A DNA stretch of 32,000 nt, from NCBI GenBank assembly GCA_965194595.1, contig CBDAEK010000001.1:666727-698726 (forward strand), read 5' to 3'. The DNA comes from Oxalobacteraceae bacterium. Lineage in GTDB: Bacteria; Pseudomonadota; Gammaproteobacteria; Burkholderiales; Burkholderiaceae_D. Shown piece by piece: positions 1 to 10,161 of the stretch. The notes beneath the pieces are model-generated. The model worked only from the letters and a program-made list of their open reading frames with translations, was not told the origin of the DNA and did no database searches. Positions within the stretch are counted from its first letter, which is position 1. Each line of letters begins with the position of its first letter. Both the position numbers and the translations under genes were made by a program.

Positions 1-1272
1 CATCGCAGGGTTGGGTGCTTTAGCAGCAGGGGCTGAACTTTCGTTTATTTTTGAAGCCACGACAGTTGCTGCTGCTGGAATTGAAGCTTTTGCGGCAGTC
101 GATGTTTTTGCTAGTGCTGCAACAGGTTTTGCTGAAGCAGGCATAGACTGAGTTTTGTTGTCACCCCCTGAATGCAGCGGCGTAAATGCCAGCATGCGCA
201 GCAGGGTCATGGTGAAGCCCGCGTATTCATCCGGCGCGAGTCCCAGCTCTTGACGGCCATGAACGACAATTTGGTAAAACAGTTGTATGTCTTCTGCTGA
301 GAACTGTGCCGCCAAGCGCTGTATATCTTCCAGCTCAGGCAAATCATCAGGTAATGCCGCAGGCACGGCTTGTGAAATCGCGATGCGATTTAATAGCGTA
401 CCTAAATCTTGTAGCGCAGCGCTCCATGAAAGACTGCGTGCGGCCATATCATCAGCCACTGCAAATAATGCCGCTCCGTCTTGAGCGGCCAATGCATCCA
501 TCAGTCTGACTAAATAGGTGTGATCTAAAGCACCCAACATGCCTTGTACTGCTTCGAGCGTGACCTTACCCGCCGAATAAGCAATTGCTTGATCAGTTAA
601 CGACAAAGCATCGCGCATAGAACCTTGCGCGCCTTGCGCTAGCAAACGTAAAGCGGGCGTATCGAAAGTGATCTTCTCTTCTGCAAGAATATTTTCTAGA
701 TGCGAAACAATATGCCCGGGCGGCATTTGTTTGAGATTAAATTGTAGGCAGCGTGACAACACGGTCACTGGAATTTTTTGCGGATCTGTAGTCGCCAATA
801 TGAACTTCACATGTTCAGGAGGTTCTTCCAGCGTCTTAAGCATCGCATTGAATGCATGGCTGGTTAGCATATGAACTTCATCGATCATGTAGACCTTGAA
901 GCGTGCATTGGATGGTGCATAAATAGCTTGCTCAAGCAGCTGCGCCATTTCATCGACGCCACGGTTGGATGCGGCGTCCATTTCGATGTAATCAACGAAG
1001 CGGCCGGCATCAATCGAGGTACAGGCATCGCACAAGCCACAGGGATGAGCCGTGATATCGCCTTGCCCATCGGTGCCCAGACAATTCAGCGACTTGGCCA
1101 GAATACGTGACAGCGTAGTCTTACCCACACCGCGTGTACCAGTAAATAGATAGGCGTGATGTAAGCGCTTGTTTTCAAGCGCATGGGTGAGCGCGCGCAC
1201 CACGTGATCCTGCCCAACCAAGCTGTCGAAATTTTTGGGACGGTATTTACGGGCTAGAACCTGATAAGACAT
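1..1272 (-). CDS. dnaX: DNA polymerase III subunit gamma/tau, N-terminal ~424 codons (3' end runs off the window)
   Basis: The minus-strand frame is open from nt 1 to the ATG at 1272-1270. My translation starts MSYQVLARKYRPKNFDSLVGQDHVVRAL. It contains Walker A GTRGVGKTT, the Cys cluster HPCGLCDAC and MIDEVHML. It is absent from the ORF track because no stop lies inside the window. Confidence 0.9.
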   Translation of the reverse strand, partial: MSYQVLARKYRPKNFDSLVGQDHVVRALTHALENKRLHHAYLFTGTRGVGKTTLSRILAKSLNCLGTDGQGDITAHPCGLCDACTSIDAGRFVDYIEMDAASNRGVDEMAQLLEQAIYAPSNARFKVYMIDEVHMLTSHAFNAMLKTLEEPPEHVKFILATTDPQKIPVTVLSRCLQFNLKQMPPGHIVSHLENILAEEKITFDTPALRLLAQGAQGSMRDALSLTDQAIAYSAGKVTLEAVQGMLGALDHTYLVRLMDALAAQDGAALFAVADDMAARSLSWSAALQDLGTLLNRIAISQAVPAALPDDLPELEDIQRLAAQFSAEDIQLFYQIVVHGRQELGLAPDEYAGFTMTLLRMLAFTPLHSGGDNKTQSMPASAKPVAALAKTSTAAKASIPAAATVVASKINESSAPAAKAPNPAM

Positions 1273-1350
1273 AGACGGCACTGTGAAGTTCAAGTGCGTC
1301 ATTTTACCCGAGGGAGAGCTATGCGCAGGAAGAATACAGGACGATAAAGG

Positions 1351-1451
1351 CGAGCCTTGTCTGCGGCACTTGCAGTATATGGCTGTGGCTGCTTCGTTCC
1401 CGACCTGACCAGGTTGACCATGCCACAATGCGCAGGGGCCCGCCGGGCTCG
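1351..1451 (-). ncRNA. ffs: Signal recognition particle RNA (4.5S / small bacterial SRP RNA)
   Basis: The minus strand reads CGAGCCCGGCGGG...CCUGGUCAGGUCGGGAACGAAGCAGCCACAGCC...CAAGGCUCG. The core matches the conserved domain IV of E. coli 4.5S RNA (CCAGGUCAGGUCCGGAAGGAAGCAGCC). The 5' and 3' ends are complementary (cgagcc / ggctcg). It sits directly upstream of dnaX, a common arrangement. The ends are approximate, within about 10 nt. Confidence 0.75.
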
Positions 1452-1508
1452 ATTCTATCAGCAATCACGCACTCAAAAGCGCAGCAGTAGTGACTATGTG
1501 AATAAGTA

Positions 1509-3032
1509 TCAACCCAGATTCAAGCCCTGCCATATCGCATCAACACGCGACTTCACATCTGCATCCATCGCAATCGTGCGTCCCCATTCACGCGATGTCT
1601 CACCTGGCCACTTGTTGGTGGCATCAATACCCATTTTGCTACCTAAACCGCTTACAGGCGACGCAAAATCAAGATAATCAATCGGCGTGTTATCAACTAA
1701 TGTGGTGTCACGTATGGGATCAACTCGCGTAGTTATCGCCCAAATCACTTCTTTCCAGTCGCGTATATCGACATCGTCATCAACCACCACAATGAACTTT
1801 GTATACATGAACTGCCGCAAAAAACTCCACACACCAAACATCACGCGCTTAGCATGCCCCGGATAGGATTTTTTTATTTGCACTACCGCCATGCGGTAAC
1901 TACAACCTTCCGGCGGTAAGTAAAAGTCTGTAATCTCAGAAAACTGCTTTTGTAGCAGCGGCACGAACACTTCATTCAGCGCCACACCGAGTACTGCAGG
2001 CTCATCCGGTGGTTTACCGGTGTAGGTCGAATGATAAATAGGATTACGTCGCATCGTAATGCGATCGACTGTGAACACCGGAAACCAATCCTGCTCGTTG
2101 TAATAACCCGTATGGTCACCAAACGGACCTTCGAGCGCATGTTCAAAACCGGTATTCGGTGGTGGTGATACGCCATCGGGCACGACATGTTCAGACGTAG
2201 TCTCTGGGTAAATATGCCCCTCCAAGACGATCTCAGCCGAAGCTGGCACACGTAACTCGCTACCTATAGCTTTGACCAACTCGGTTCGGCTGCCGCGCAA
2301 TAAGCCAGCGAACTGGTATTCCGACAAACTGTCGGGCACCGGTGTGACGGCTCCTAATATAGTGGCGGGATCAGCCCCCAGCGCTACGGCTATCGGGTAG
2401 GGCTTGCCCGGATTGGCAAGACAATGTTCGCGGAAATCCTGTGCACCACCTCGATGAGCTAGCCAGCGCATGATCAGCTTATTGCGACCAAGGACTTGCT
2501 GGCGATAGATACCAAGATTTTGACGCTTCTTATTAGGGCCTCTAGTAATAACTAAGCCCCAGGTAATTAGCGGAGCAATATCACCCGGCCAGCAGTGTTG
2601 AATAGGTAGGCGGGACAAATCGACGTCTGCCCCCTCCCACACTATCTCTTGGCACGGCGCTGAACTCAGCTCCTTCGGCGCCATGTCCCAGACCGACTTA
2701 ACTAGTGAGCCCAGCCCAAGCACATCACGAAAGCCTTTCGGAGGTTCGGGCTCTTTGAGCCTAGCTAACAGGTGCCCGATGCGCCTTAACTCGCCGACGT
2801 CACTGGCTCCCATGCCCATGGCTACCCGCTTGGGTGTTCCAAATAAATTACCCAAGACTGGAATCGTGTGGCCGGTAGGTTGATTAAATAAAAGGGCCGG
2901 GCCGCCTGCACGCAGCGTTCGATCGCACAGCTCTGTCATTTCCAGATTCGGAGAGACAGGAGCATCAATCTCGACCAAGTCACCAGATTGTTTCAGCTTG
3001 GCAATAAAATCTCTCAGATCAGAATATTTCAT
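1509..3032 (-). CDS. ubiD: UbiD-family decarboxylase (4-hydroxy-3-polyprenylbenzoate decarboxylase)
   Basis: 507-aa ORF. The N-terminus [38 protein letters not shown] and the overall length are typical of UbiD. Confidence 0.9.
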   Translation of the reverse strand: MKYSDLRDFIAKLKQSGDLVEIDAPVSPNLEMTELCDRTLRAGGPALLFNQPTGHTIPVLGNLFGTPKRVAMGMGASDVGELRRIGHLLARLKEPEPPKGFRDVLGLGSLVKSVWDMAPKELSSAPCQEIVWEGADVDLSRLPIQHCWPGDIAPLITWGLVITRGPNKKRQNLGIYRQQVLGRNKLIMRWLAHRGGAQDFREHCLANPGKPYPIAVALGADPATILGAVTPVPDSLSEYQFAGLLRGSRTELVKAIGSELRVPASAEIVLEGHIYPETTSEHVVPDGVSPPPNTGFEHALEGPFGDHTGYYNEQDWFPVFTVDRITMRRNPIYHSTYTGKPPDEPAVLGVALNEVFVPLLQKQFSEITDFYLPPEGCSYRMAVVQIKKSYPGHAKRVMFGVWSFLRQFMYTKFIVVVDDDVDIRDWKEVIWAITTRVDPIRDTTLVDNTPIDYLDFASPVSGLGSKMGIDATNKWPGETSREWGRTIAMDADVKSRVDAIWQGLNLG

Positions 3033-3164
3033 CAGTTTTTGAGTTTTTTCAAAGTGGTATGTAGATGCTTAGCTAATTATTCTAAGTAGCTGATTTTATG
3101 GGTAATTGCTAGTTAATACATAAAATATCATAACTTATAGTTATAGATTTTCTTTTATTCAGTA

Positions 3165-3193
3165 TTGACTCGATATAAACGCAACCATACAAT
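3165..3193 (+). promoter_or_regulatory. Candidate sigma70 promoter (TTGACT - 17 bp - TACAAT)
   Basis: -35 TTGACT at 3165-3170, a 17-bp spacer, and -10 TACAAT at 3188-3193. An AT-rich tract lies upstream. The promoter sits in the 536-bp gap between ubiD and the transglycosylase gene. Confidence 0.4.
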
Positions 3194-3199
3194 CCGCAA

Positions 3200-3394
3200 A
3201 ATTTTAAAGGACAGCGGCTGGAGCGATCCAGACCAGAGGGGGAAGTAAAGCTGTCCCGCAACCAGGGGGAATCGTTCAAATTTGTTCGGTTCAATGTAAG
3301 CCCCACAAAAGATTGCTTTCGCACCCAAAGCGGTGCGTACCAAAGCAACACCGACATTTGCAAGGCCTGCAGTTTGGCTGCAAATGATTTTTTT
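3200..3394 (+). ncRNA. Candidate ~195-nt small RNA or cis-regulatory leader (family not recognised)
   Basis: Bounded by the promoter above and an intrinsic terminator at 3355-3394. There is no usable ORF: the only ATG, at 3293, is followed directly by TAA. Local stems include ggacagc/gctgtcc, ctgga/tccag and gcacc/ggtgc. Confidence 0.3.
3355..3394 (+). terminator. Rho-independent terminator-like hairpin
   Basis: The stem catttgca (3355-3362) pairs with tgcaaatg (3379-3386), with extra gcc/ggc pairs inside. It is followed by a run of 7 T (3388-3394). Confidence 0.5.
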
Positions 3395-3568
3395 GTCTCG
3401 CGGTGAATTGAAGCACGAAGCACGCTTGCAATTGGCCTCATCTCAGAGTGCCTGACAAAACATAACTGGCGACTTGCCATGCTAGCAACGGAGATTGCAG
3501 CATCGCAGGGAAGACACCAGGTAGGTTTTGCCAGGCGCTTTGAGGGCCGCGAAGATTCAGGAGGTAAT

Positions 3569-4444
3569 ATGAATACTCGACACAAAGTAGCAGCGTTGGT
3601 CGGTGCAGATAAATGGATGCAGCAACTCGGCAGTATTAGCAGCAGCCTGGCTTCTAAAGCTCACAACGCATTAACGTTGATGGGTTTGGCCTCTATCGCA
3701 GCCATGACCCTGATGTTTTTCAGGCCAGAGCTGACCGATCGCATCAAAGTACTCTCCCCTTTCTGGGATGAATACAGTTACGAGAGTCAAGCACGTGAAC
3801 TCGCGTTTGTCGACGTTGCTCACTTTCAAAACGATGCCGCGAATGCAGCACTATCAGCTAGCGACTCACTAGCCAATTCCGCATCAGCGAAAGAACAGGT
3901 CTATGTCATCAACTGGATAGCTAAGCGTTATCGCATCGCTCAGTCGGCCAGCAAGATGCTCGTGGAAACTGCGTATAGCTCTGCTCAAGAAGTCAAACTT
4001 GATCCACTGCTAGTGCTCTCTGTTATGGCGATTGAATCGCGTTTCAATCCTTTTGCAGAGAGTTCTGTTGGTGCCCAAGGTCTGATGCAAGTCATGGCAA
4101 AGCTTCATCAAACAAAATTTTATGACCATGGCGGCACTAAGTCAGTATTGAATCCTGTGGCTAACATTCAGGTGGGCGCTCAGATCCTAAAAGATTTGAT
4201 TCGCCGCTCGGGCTCGGTGGAAGCTGGCTTGAAGCTGTATGTCGGTGCTGGCAACTTGGAATCGGATGGTGGCTATGCGGCCAAGGTGTTAGCTGAATAC
4301 TCGCGACTACAGGCCGTAGCCAGTGGCAAGCGCGTACCAACGTTTACACCACAAGCACCTGCACCGGAAACTGATGGCCTACGCGAAGCCAAGGCACTGG
4401 AAGAATCAGCGCCTATCCGTATGCATGTGGACGAGCCGGCCTGA
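3569..4444 (+). CDS. Lytic transglycosylase (SLT) domain protein with an N-terminal membrane anchor
   Basis: The ORF 3479-4444 is trimmed to the ATG at 3569, which is preceded by caGGAGGtaat. It contains the SLT catalytic motif AIESRFNPFAESSVGAQGLMQVM and a hydrophobic segment LTLMGLASIAAMTLMFF. Confidence 0.8.
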   Translation: MNTRHKVAALVGADKWMQQLGSISSSLASKAHNALTLMGLASIAAMTLMFFRPELTDRIKVLSPFWDEYSYESQARELAFVDVAHFQNDAANAALSASDSLANSASAKEQVYVINWIAKRYRIAQSASKMLVETAYSSAQEVKLDPLLVLSVMAIESRFNPFAESSVGAQGLMQVMAKLHQTKFYDHGGTKSVLNPVANIQVGAQILKDLIRRSGSVEAGLKLYVGAGNLESDGGYAAKVLAEYSRLQAVASGKRVPTFTPQAPAPETDGLREAKALEESAPIRMHVDEPA

Positions 4445-4491
4445 TAAAAAACGATCTATAAAAAGAGTCGAGACTGACTCTTTGAACAAAT

Positions 4492-4521
4492 AAAAACCCC
4501 GTCACTAAGACGGGGTTTTTT
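4492..4521. terminator. Bidirectional intrinsic terminator between convergent genes
   Basis: Sequence aaaaaCCCCGTCactaaGACGGGGtttttt: a 7-bp GC-rich stem flanked by an A-run and a T-run. It lies between the + strand transglycosylase gene and the - strand EthD-like gene. Confidence 0.75.
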
Positions 4522-4559
4522 ATGCCGTTGAAGAAAATCTTCAGCGCATGAACAATGTA

Positions 4560-4892
4560 TTAGTCCAGCATCAAATAGTCTTCCACCACCAATGGATGAA
4601 TGCTGTCGGTAAAGTTCGGCAGATCGGCTAACAAGGTTTTCCCTTCCGGACTTCCGAGTGATGCCTTGAGTGACTCCTCTGAATCAAACCACAACTCAGA
4701 AAATCCATCGTAGCCAAAAGCGGCAACTTGTTCGCGGGCTACTAGGTTGACCGAGTAACGATGCATATTCGGCAGCTTCTTACACAACTCAGCGTGCACA
4801 TTCAGCCAATGATCGACAAATTGTTCGTAGCTCAGATCGTTGCGTTTCTTAACCAGACCGATACGTTTTACGAAGTTAGGTTTCATAGTCAT
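4560..4892 (-). CDS. EthD-domain family protein (small dimeric alpha/beta barrel)
   Basis: 110-aa ORF. The pattern KRNDLSYEQFVDHWLNVHAEL...RYSVN...GFSELWFDSEESL is typical of EthD/TIGR02118-like proteins. An SD-like aaaggag lies upstream. Confidence 0.65.
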   Translation of the reverse strand: MTMKPNFVKRIGLVKKRNDLSYEQFVDHWLNVHAELCKKLPNMHRYSVNLVAREQVAAFGYDGFSELWFDSEESLKASLGSPEGKTLLADLPNFTDSIHPLVVEDYLMLD

Positions 4893-4958
4893 CTCCTTTA
4901 ATTGTTATAAATGGGAAGGGGGGGGTGAAAAAAGTGATTAAGAAAAAGTCGCTCGTAA

Positions 4959-6137
4959 CTAATTTACGGGATGGTAGTTTCGAAAAAACTCAGTAAGTCG
5001 ACTGACCGCTTCGACCAGATTCTCCATCGAGGTCGCATATGACACGCGAATATAACGCTGCGCTGCATGCGTTCCAAAATCCGCACCCGGCACCAACACA
5101 ACGCCAGTACTTTCAAGGATATCGCTGGTAAGTTTTACCGCATCATCACTCCAATGACTGCAATCGGCATATACATAAAACGCGCCGTCTGGTAACACTG
5201 GAATGTCGAACTGTAGTTTTTTCAAAGCCGGCACAATGAAATCACGACGACGTTGAAATTCAGCCTTACGCGCCTCAAAGATCGTCGTTGCTTCGGAAGT
5301 AAAACACGCTAAGGCTGCGTGCTGCGCTACGCTAGAAGCACAGATAAACATATTTTGAGAGAGCTTCTCGATCGCCGACAGCATCTGTGGTGGCACCACT
5401 AACCAGCCTAAGCGCCATCCAGTCATGTTGAAGTATTTTGAAAAACTATTAATCACAATGACATCGTCACCCAACGCGAGGGCCGATTCTGGCGATGAGT
5501 CGTAGCTCAAGCCTTGATAGATCTCATCCACCAAGGTGAATCCACCTTTCGCACGAACCACCTCAACAATACGCGCTAATTCGTTCGCCGCAATCGATGT
5601 ACCGGTAGGATTCGAAGGTGATGCTAACAACACGCCTGATGTATGAGGGCCCCAATGAGATTCGACTTGATTCGCTGTCAGCTGAAAACGCTCTGCGGGG
5701 CCACTAGGAATTAACTTTGCACGTCCTTCGAATGCAGCAACGAAGTGTCGATTGCAGGGATAGCTAGGGTCGGGCATCAGCACTTCACTATCGCGCTCAA
5801 TCAATGCCGCGCATGCCAATAACAATGCACCGGATGCACCTGCAGTAATAACGATCCGTGACGCTGGCACATCCAGCTTAAATTTATTTCGATAATGATC
5901 AGATACTGCTTGCCGCAACGTCGGCAAACCCATCGCCGAGGTGTAACGCATGGCACCGTCTTCCAGTGCGCGCGCGGCGGCTTTGAGTACAGGTTCAGCA
6001 GTTGGGAAATCCGGTTCGCCTATGCCCATGTGAATAACGGAACGACCCGCCTGCTCTAATTCAGCAGCACGCTTGATCACTTCCATTACACGAAATGGTG
6101 CTATCTCTTGCAGGCGACGTGCGAGAGTGAAATTCAT
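4959..6137 (-). CDS. Pyridoxal-phosphate-dependent aminotransferase, class I/II
   Basis: 392-aa ORF with the PLP-lysine motif SFSKYFNMTGWRLGW and PSNPTG. Substrate specificity cannot be called from the sequence alone. Confidence 0.85.
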   Translation of the reverse strand: MNFTLARRLQEIAPFRVMEVIKRAAELEQAGRSVIHMGIGEPDFPTAEPVLKAAARALEDGAMRYTSAMGLPTLRQAVSDHYRNKFKLDVPASRIVITAGASGALLLACAALIERDSEVLMPDPSYPCNRHFVAAFEGRAKLIPSGPAERFQLTANQVESHWGPHTSGVLLASPSNPTGTSIAANELARIVEVVRAKGGFTLVDEIYQGLSYDSSPESALALGDDVIVINSFSKYFNMTGWRLGWLVVPPQMLSAIEKLSQNMFICASSVAQHAALACFTSEATTIFEARKAEFQRRRDFIVPALKKLQFDIPVLPDGAFYVYADCSHWSDDAVKLTSDILESTGVVLVPGADFGTHAAQRYIRVSYATSMENLVEAVSRLTEFFRNYHPVN

Positions 6138-6164
6138 AGCAAAAGTCAGTCTGGAAAGCCGAGG

Positions 6165-6629
6165 TCAACGACCTGCAGCGATCTCGGTGGCACGCAAACT
6201 ACCAGCGAGTTTATCCAACACGCCGTTCACGTATTTGTGACCATCAATACCACCAAATGATTTAGTGAGTTCAACGGCTTCATTGATCACCACTTTGTAG
6301 GGAATTTCGATGTGATGCTTGAGTTCAAACGCACCAATCAATAAAGCAGCGTGTTCAATCGGCGATAACTGATCGATAGAGCGATCGATCAATGGACTAA
6401 TTTCTGCCCGCAGTAGATCAACGTCACGGATAGTGCCGTGCAAGAGCACATCAAAATGCTCGGCATCGGCTTTTTCAAAACCAAACGCATTGCGGATGTG
6501 CGCATCAATCACTCCGGCATCATCGCGATTGATCAACCACTGATACAGACCTTGCAGCGCAAACTCGCGCGCACGATGCCGTGGCGTGCGATTTTTATTC
6601 GGATTAGCGTGTATAGATTTAAGGGTCAT
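6165..6629 (-). CDS. nusB: Transcription antitermination factor NusB
   Basis: 154-aa ORF containing [15 protein letters not shown] and ending [12 protein letters not shown]. It lies immediately downstream of ribH, the conserved arrangement. Confidence 0.9.
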   Translation of the reverse strand: MTLKSIHANPNKNRTPRHRAREFALQGLYQWLINRDDAGVIDAHIRNAFGFEKADAEHFDVLLHGTIRDVDLLRAEISPLIDRSIDQLSPIEHAALLIGAFELKHHIEIPYKVVINEAVELTKSFGGIDGHKYVNGVLDKLAGSLRATEIAAGR

Positions 6630-6636
6630 TTTTTAC

Positions 6637-7122
6637 TTAGTCATCACCAGCATCATCAGCCAGCTCATCCAAGACCATAACCAGATTGGCCATTTCAACC
6701 GCCACTCGTGCTGCATCCGTACCTTTTTCTGACATACGCGCTTCGGCTTGCTCGTCATCTTCAGTCGTTAAGACAGCATTCGCTACGGGTATTCCAAACT
6801 CTTTTCCAATGTTGGAAATACCTCGACCCGATTCATTAGCAACCAATTCGAAGTGATAGGTTTCACCACGAATCACAGCACCCAGCGCAATCAACGCATC
6901 GAACTGTGCCGACTCCGCCATCTTCTGCAAAGCTAAAGGTATCTCAAGCGCACCTGGCACGGTGACTAGCAACACATCGTCATCTTGAACGCCCAGTTGT
7001 TTTAATTCTGCCAAACACGCTGAACGCAAGCCATGACAAACGTCTTCATTAAAACGCGCCTGTACGATGCCGATGCGCAAACCCTCGCCATCAAAATTCG
7101 ATTCGTAAATTCCTATACTCAT
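6637..7122 (-). CDS. ribH: 6,7-dimethyl-8-ribityllumazine synthase
   Basis: 161-aa ORF containing [18 protein letters not shown] and IRGETYHFE. Confidence 0.9.
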   Translation of the reverse strand: MSIGIYESNFDGEGLRIGIVQARFNEDVCHGLRSACLAELKQLGVQDDDVLLVTVPGALEIPLALQKMAESAQFDALIALGAVIRGETYHFELVANESGRGISNIGKEFGIPVANAVLTTEDDEQAEARMSEKGTDAARVAVEMANLVMVLDELADDAGDD

Positions 7123-7135
7123 ATCGCCTCCTGCT

Positions 7136-8275
7136 TCAGAGTTCAGGACTGGCCTGATAGCCAGTCACTTCCAGATTGAAACCCGCCATTGAAGGCATTT
7201 TGCGGGGGTTTGCCAGCAACTTCATTCGTGCCACACCTAACTGTCGCAAAATTTGTGCACCTATGCCATAGGTTCGCAAATCCATGCGCTCGGTACGCGT
7301 TGGCTTAGTCGGCTGCGGTTGGCACAGCGCATTGAATTGCGCAAACATCTGCTCAGCCGACTCTTCACAATTAAGTAATACAATCACGCCGCGCTCGACT
7401 CGCTGTATGGCCTGCATAGCAGAGGCAATATTCCATGAATGCGTGGTCGCTTCGGTATCGAGCAAATCCAATATCGACACCGGTTGATGCACCCGCACCA
7501 GCGTTTCTTTGTCAGCGCTAATCTCGCCATGAACCAACGCCAGATGCGCACCTCGGCTAGGCGTATCGCGAAACGCAATCGCATGAAATTTACCGTAGGA
7601 GGTTTGCATACTGCGCTCAGCAACTCGCTCCACAATACTTTCTGTCTGACTACGATAATGAATCAGATCAGCAATCGTACCGATTTTTAATTCATGCTCA
7701 CGCGCGAATTCCATTAGGTCAGGCAAGCGCGCCATGCTGCCGTCATCCTTAAGTATTTCGCAAATGACCGCCGCTGGCGTCAAACCAGCAAGCTCAGATA
7801 AATCGCAACCTGCCTCGGTATGGCCTGCACGCATAAGCACGCCACCGCGCTGAGCGCGTAAAGGAAACACATGGCCTGGCTGAACAATGTCAGACGACTT
7901 GGCATGACGCGCAACAGCCACTTCTATAGTTTTGGAACGATCAGCTGCAGAAATCCCAGTAGTGACCCCCTCAGCCGCCTCTATCGATACCGTGAAATTG
8001 GTTCCGTAGGAGGTGCCATTGCGTGAGGTCATCAACGGTAGGTTTAGCTGATCGCAGCGTTCCTCGGTCAGGGTCAGGCAAATTAAACCGCGACCATTCC
8101 TGGCCATAAAGTTAATGGCCTCAGGAGTGACGAACTCGGCAGCTAAAACAAGGTCACCCTCGTTCTCACGGTCTTCCTCGTCAACGAGGATGACCATACG
8201 GCCGGCGCGTAGCTCAGCAATGATCTCTTTGGTACTGGATATGGACATGAAGGCGACTCTCGAACGGCTCGCCAT
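7136..8275 (-). CDS. ribBA: 3,4-dihydroxy-2-butanone-4-phosphate synthase fused to a degenerate GTP cyclohydrolase II-like domain (RibBA/RibBX type)
   Basis: 379-aa ORF. The N-terminal DHBP synthase motifs are [12 protein letters not shown] and HTEAG. The C-terminal half aligns to RibA but lacks the HSEC...CDCG cysteines. An alternative start at 8248 ([10 protein letters not shown]) is possible. Confidence 0.85.
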   Translation of the reverse strand: MASRSRVAFMSISSTKEIIAELRAGRMVILVDEEDRENEGDLVLAAEFVTPEAINFMARNGRGLICLTLTEERCDQLNLPLMTSRNGTSYGTNFTVSIEAAEGVTTGISAADRSKTIEVAVARHAKSSDIVQPGHVFPLRAQRGGVLMRAGHTEAGCDLSELAGLTPAAVICEILKDDGSMARLPDLMEFAREHELKIGTIADLIHYRSQTESIVERVAERSMQTSYGKFHAIAFRDTPSRGAHLALVHGEISADKETLVRVHQPVSILDLLDTEATTHSWNIASAMQAIQRVERGVIVLLNCEESAEQMFAQFNALCQPQPTKPTRTERMDLRTYGIGAQILRQLGVARMKLLANPRKMPSMAGFNLEVTGYQASPEL

Positions 8276-8341
8276 TTTATAGGATTTCGCCCGCGAGCCG
8301 TGACCAATCTCGCGAGATAACTGAAGGTCACCCCAGAGGAC

Positions 8342-8965
8342 TTACACTTTTTTTGACAACATTTCCGAACTCAGCATGCGTTCCACATAGCGAGCAATCA
8401 AATCAACTTCGAGGTTAACGAGGCTACCCACCTGTAAATGCCTGAGCGTGGTGACGGCAATGGTGTGTGGAATAAGGTTGATTGAGAGGGTGCAGCCTTG
8501 CTGACTATCTTGCACGCTATTCACAGTCAGCGAGACGCCGTTAACCACAACCGAACCCTTGTAGGCAAAGTACTTAGCCAACTCAATGGGAGCCAATACA
8601 TCCAAACGCCATGACTCTGCTACCGCTGCAAAATGCGTCACCGTACCCAAGCCATCCACATGACCTGACACCAGATGACCACCGAGGCGCTCAGCTAGCG
8701 TTAGTGCTTTTTCTAAATTGACTTCGCCCTCAGCATCTAATCCTGCTGTGCAATTTAAACTCTCACGCGAAACATCAACACTGAAACCCTGATCAGTTTT
8801 TTGCGTCACCGTCATACAAGCGCCGTTGATCGCAATCGAATCACCAATAGCCACATCGCCCATAGGTAAACCACCGCTATCGATCTGCAGGCGCACGCCG
8901 CCATTATTATCAAACGGTTCTATCTTCGCAATGCGGCCTACTGCTGCAACAATTCCTGTAAACAT
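8342..8965 (-). CDS. ribE: Riboflavin synthase (alpha chain)
   Basis: 207-aa ORF starting MFTGIV, with an internal duplicated lumazine-binding repeat (GDSIAINGACMTV / GSVVVNGVSLTV). Confidence 0.9.
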   Translation of the reverse strand: MFTGIVAAVGRIAKIEPFDNNGGVRLQIDSGGLPMGDVAIGDSIAINGACMTVTQKTDQGFSVDVSRESLNCTAGLDAEGEVNLEKALTLAERLGGHLVSGHVDGLGTVTHFAAVAESWRLDVLAPIELAKYFAYKGSVVVNGVSLTVNSVQDSQQGCTLSINLIPHTIAVTTLRHLQVGSLVNLEVDLIARYVERMLSSEMLSKKV

Positions 8966-9001
8966 AATTTGGTTTTATCCGACTGAAAAATTTTTAAATG
9001 A

Positions 9002-10093
9002 TCAAGACAAACGAACGAGCAAGCGCAGATCATCGCCAATAGAACGCACCTCATGAAAATGACAATTTATGCGCGCAGATAACTCACTCAACTCAGGCAA
9101 TCTTGCGATCCCCTGCGCTGGTCCTAAAAGACAAGGCGCCATGTAAATCAATAATTCATCAACGCAGCCAGCACGCAATAACGAACCATTTAATTTGAAT
9201 CCCGCTTCTACATGCAACTCATTAATCTCACGCTTAGCTAATTCTCGCATTAGCAAAGGTAGATCGACCTTATCAACATTCGAAGGTAAATGAATGATCT
9301 CAGCACCACGCGCAATCAATTCAGCTTCACGTGCATCATCGCGCTGCGCGCTGACTATCCAAGTACCACCACCTTCCAGTACGCGAGCTGAAGATCTAAT
9401 CTGTAACTGACTATCCAGCACGATTCGACGTGGCTGGCGCGGTGTATTCACTGCACGCACGGTTAACTGAGGATCATCTTGCTGAACCGTACCCATGCCA
9501 GTAAGAATGGCGCAAGCACGTGCACGCCAAGCATGACCATCAGCACGTGCAGGCTCTGAAGTAATCCATTGACTGACCCCATTCAACAGCGCAGTTCCCC
9601 CATCAAGGCTAGCGGCAATTTTCATGCGCACCCAAGGTCGGCCACGCTGCATGCGCGAAAAAAAACCGATATTCATTTCTCGCGCTGGTACAGCCAATAC
9701 ACCCACCTCGGTGAGTATTCCTGCTGCGCTTAGTCGCGCCAGCCCCTGACCTGCGACCATGGGATTCGGATCTTCAATGGCGGCGACCACACGAGCAACA
9801 CCTGATTGAATCAGCGCATCAGTGCACGGTGGAGTACGCCCATGATGGCTACACGGCTCAAGCGTCACATACACAGTGGCACCACGAACATCTACACCAC
9901 GCGCAGCTGCATCACGCAAGGCAGAGACTTCGGCGTGTGCCTGACCCGCAGGCTGCGTATGACCTTGAGCTATCACGACACCCTCTTTAACGATCACGCA
10001 ACCAACCCGCGGATTAGGGCTGGTGATGAAAAGGCCTAGCTCTGCCTGCTTTAGGGCGAGCTGCATGCCTTCGATGTCATTAGTAATTTTCAC
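9002..10093 (-). CDS. ribD: Bifunctional diaminohydroxyphosphoribosylaminopyrimidine deaminase / 5-amino-6-(5-phosphoribosylamino)uracil reductase
   Basis: 363-aa ORF with the CMP/dCMP-type deaminase zinc motif HAEV...PCSHHGRTPPC and a C-terminal reductase domain. Confidence 0.9.
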   Translation of the reverse strand: MKITNDIEGMQLALKQAELGLFITSPNPRVGCVIVKEGVVIAQGHTQPAGQAHAEVSALRDAAARGVDVRGATVYVTLEPCSHHGRTPPCTDALIQSGVARVVAAIEDPNPMVAGQGLARLSAAGILTEVGVLAVPAREMNIGFFSRMQRGRPWVRMKIAASLDGGTALLNGVSQWITSEPARADGHAWRARACAILTGMGTVQQDDPQLTVRAVNTPRQPRRIVLDSQLQIRSSARVLEGGGTWIVSAQRDDAREAELIARGAEIIHLPSNVDKVDLPLLMRELAKREINELHVEAGFKLNGSLLRAGCVDELLIYMAPCLLGPAQGIARLPELSELSARINCHFHEVRSIGDDLRLLVRLS

Positions 10094-10161
10094 GTGATGG
10101 CGAATTCAGGGTGTGCAAGACAAGGGTATGAACAAGCCGCGGGGGCGGAAGATTCGTCATT

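Noticed and set aside
1357-1677. 106-aa + strand ORF
   Set aside because: It overlaps the SRP RNA gene and the 3' end of ubiD on the opposite strand, and its translation is not protein-like.
3109-3585. 158-aa minus-strand ORF spanning the ubiD/transglycosylase intergenic region
   Set aside because: It has no SD and a Cys/Arg/Ser-rich, non-protein-like translation. It runs through a good + strand promoter and terminator and into the start of the transglycosylase gene.
8276-10161. FMN (RFN) riboswitch expected near the rib genes
   Set aside because: The only non-coding gaps (8276-8341, 8966-9001 and 10094-10161) are each under 70 bp. That is too short for the ~140-nt RFN element, and its conserved core sequence is absent.
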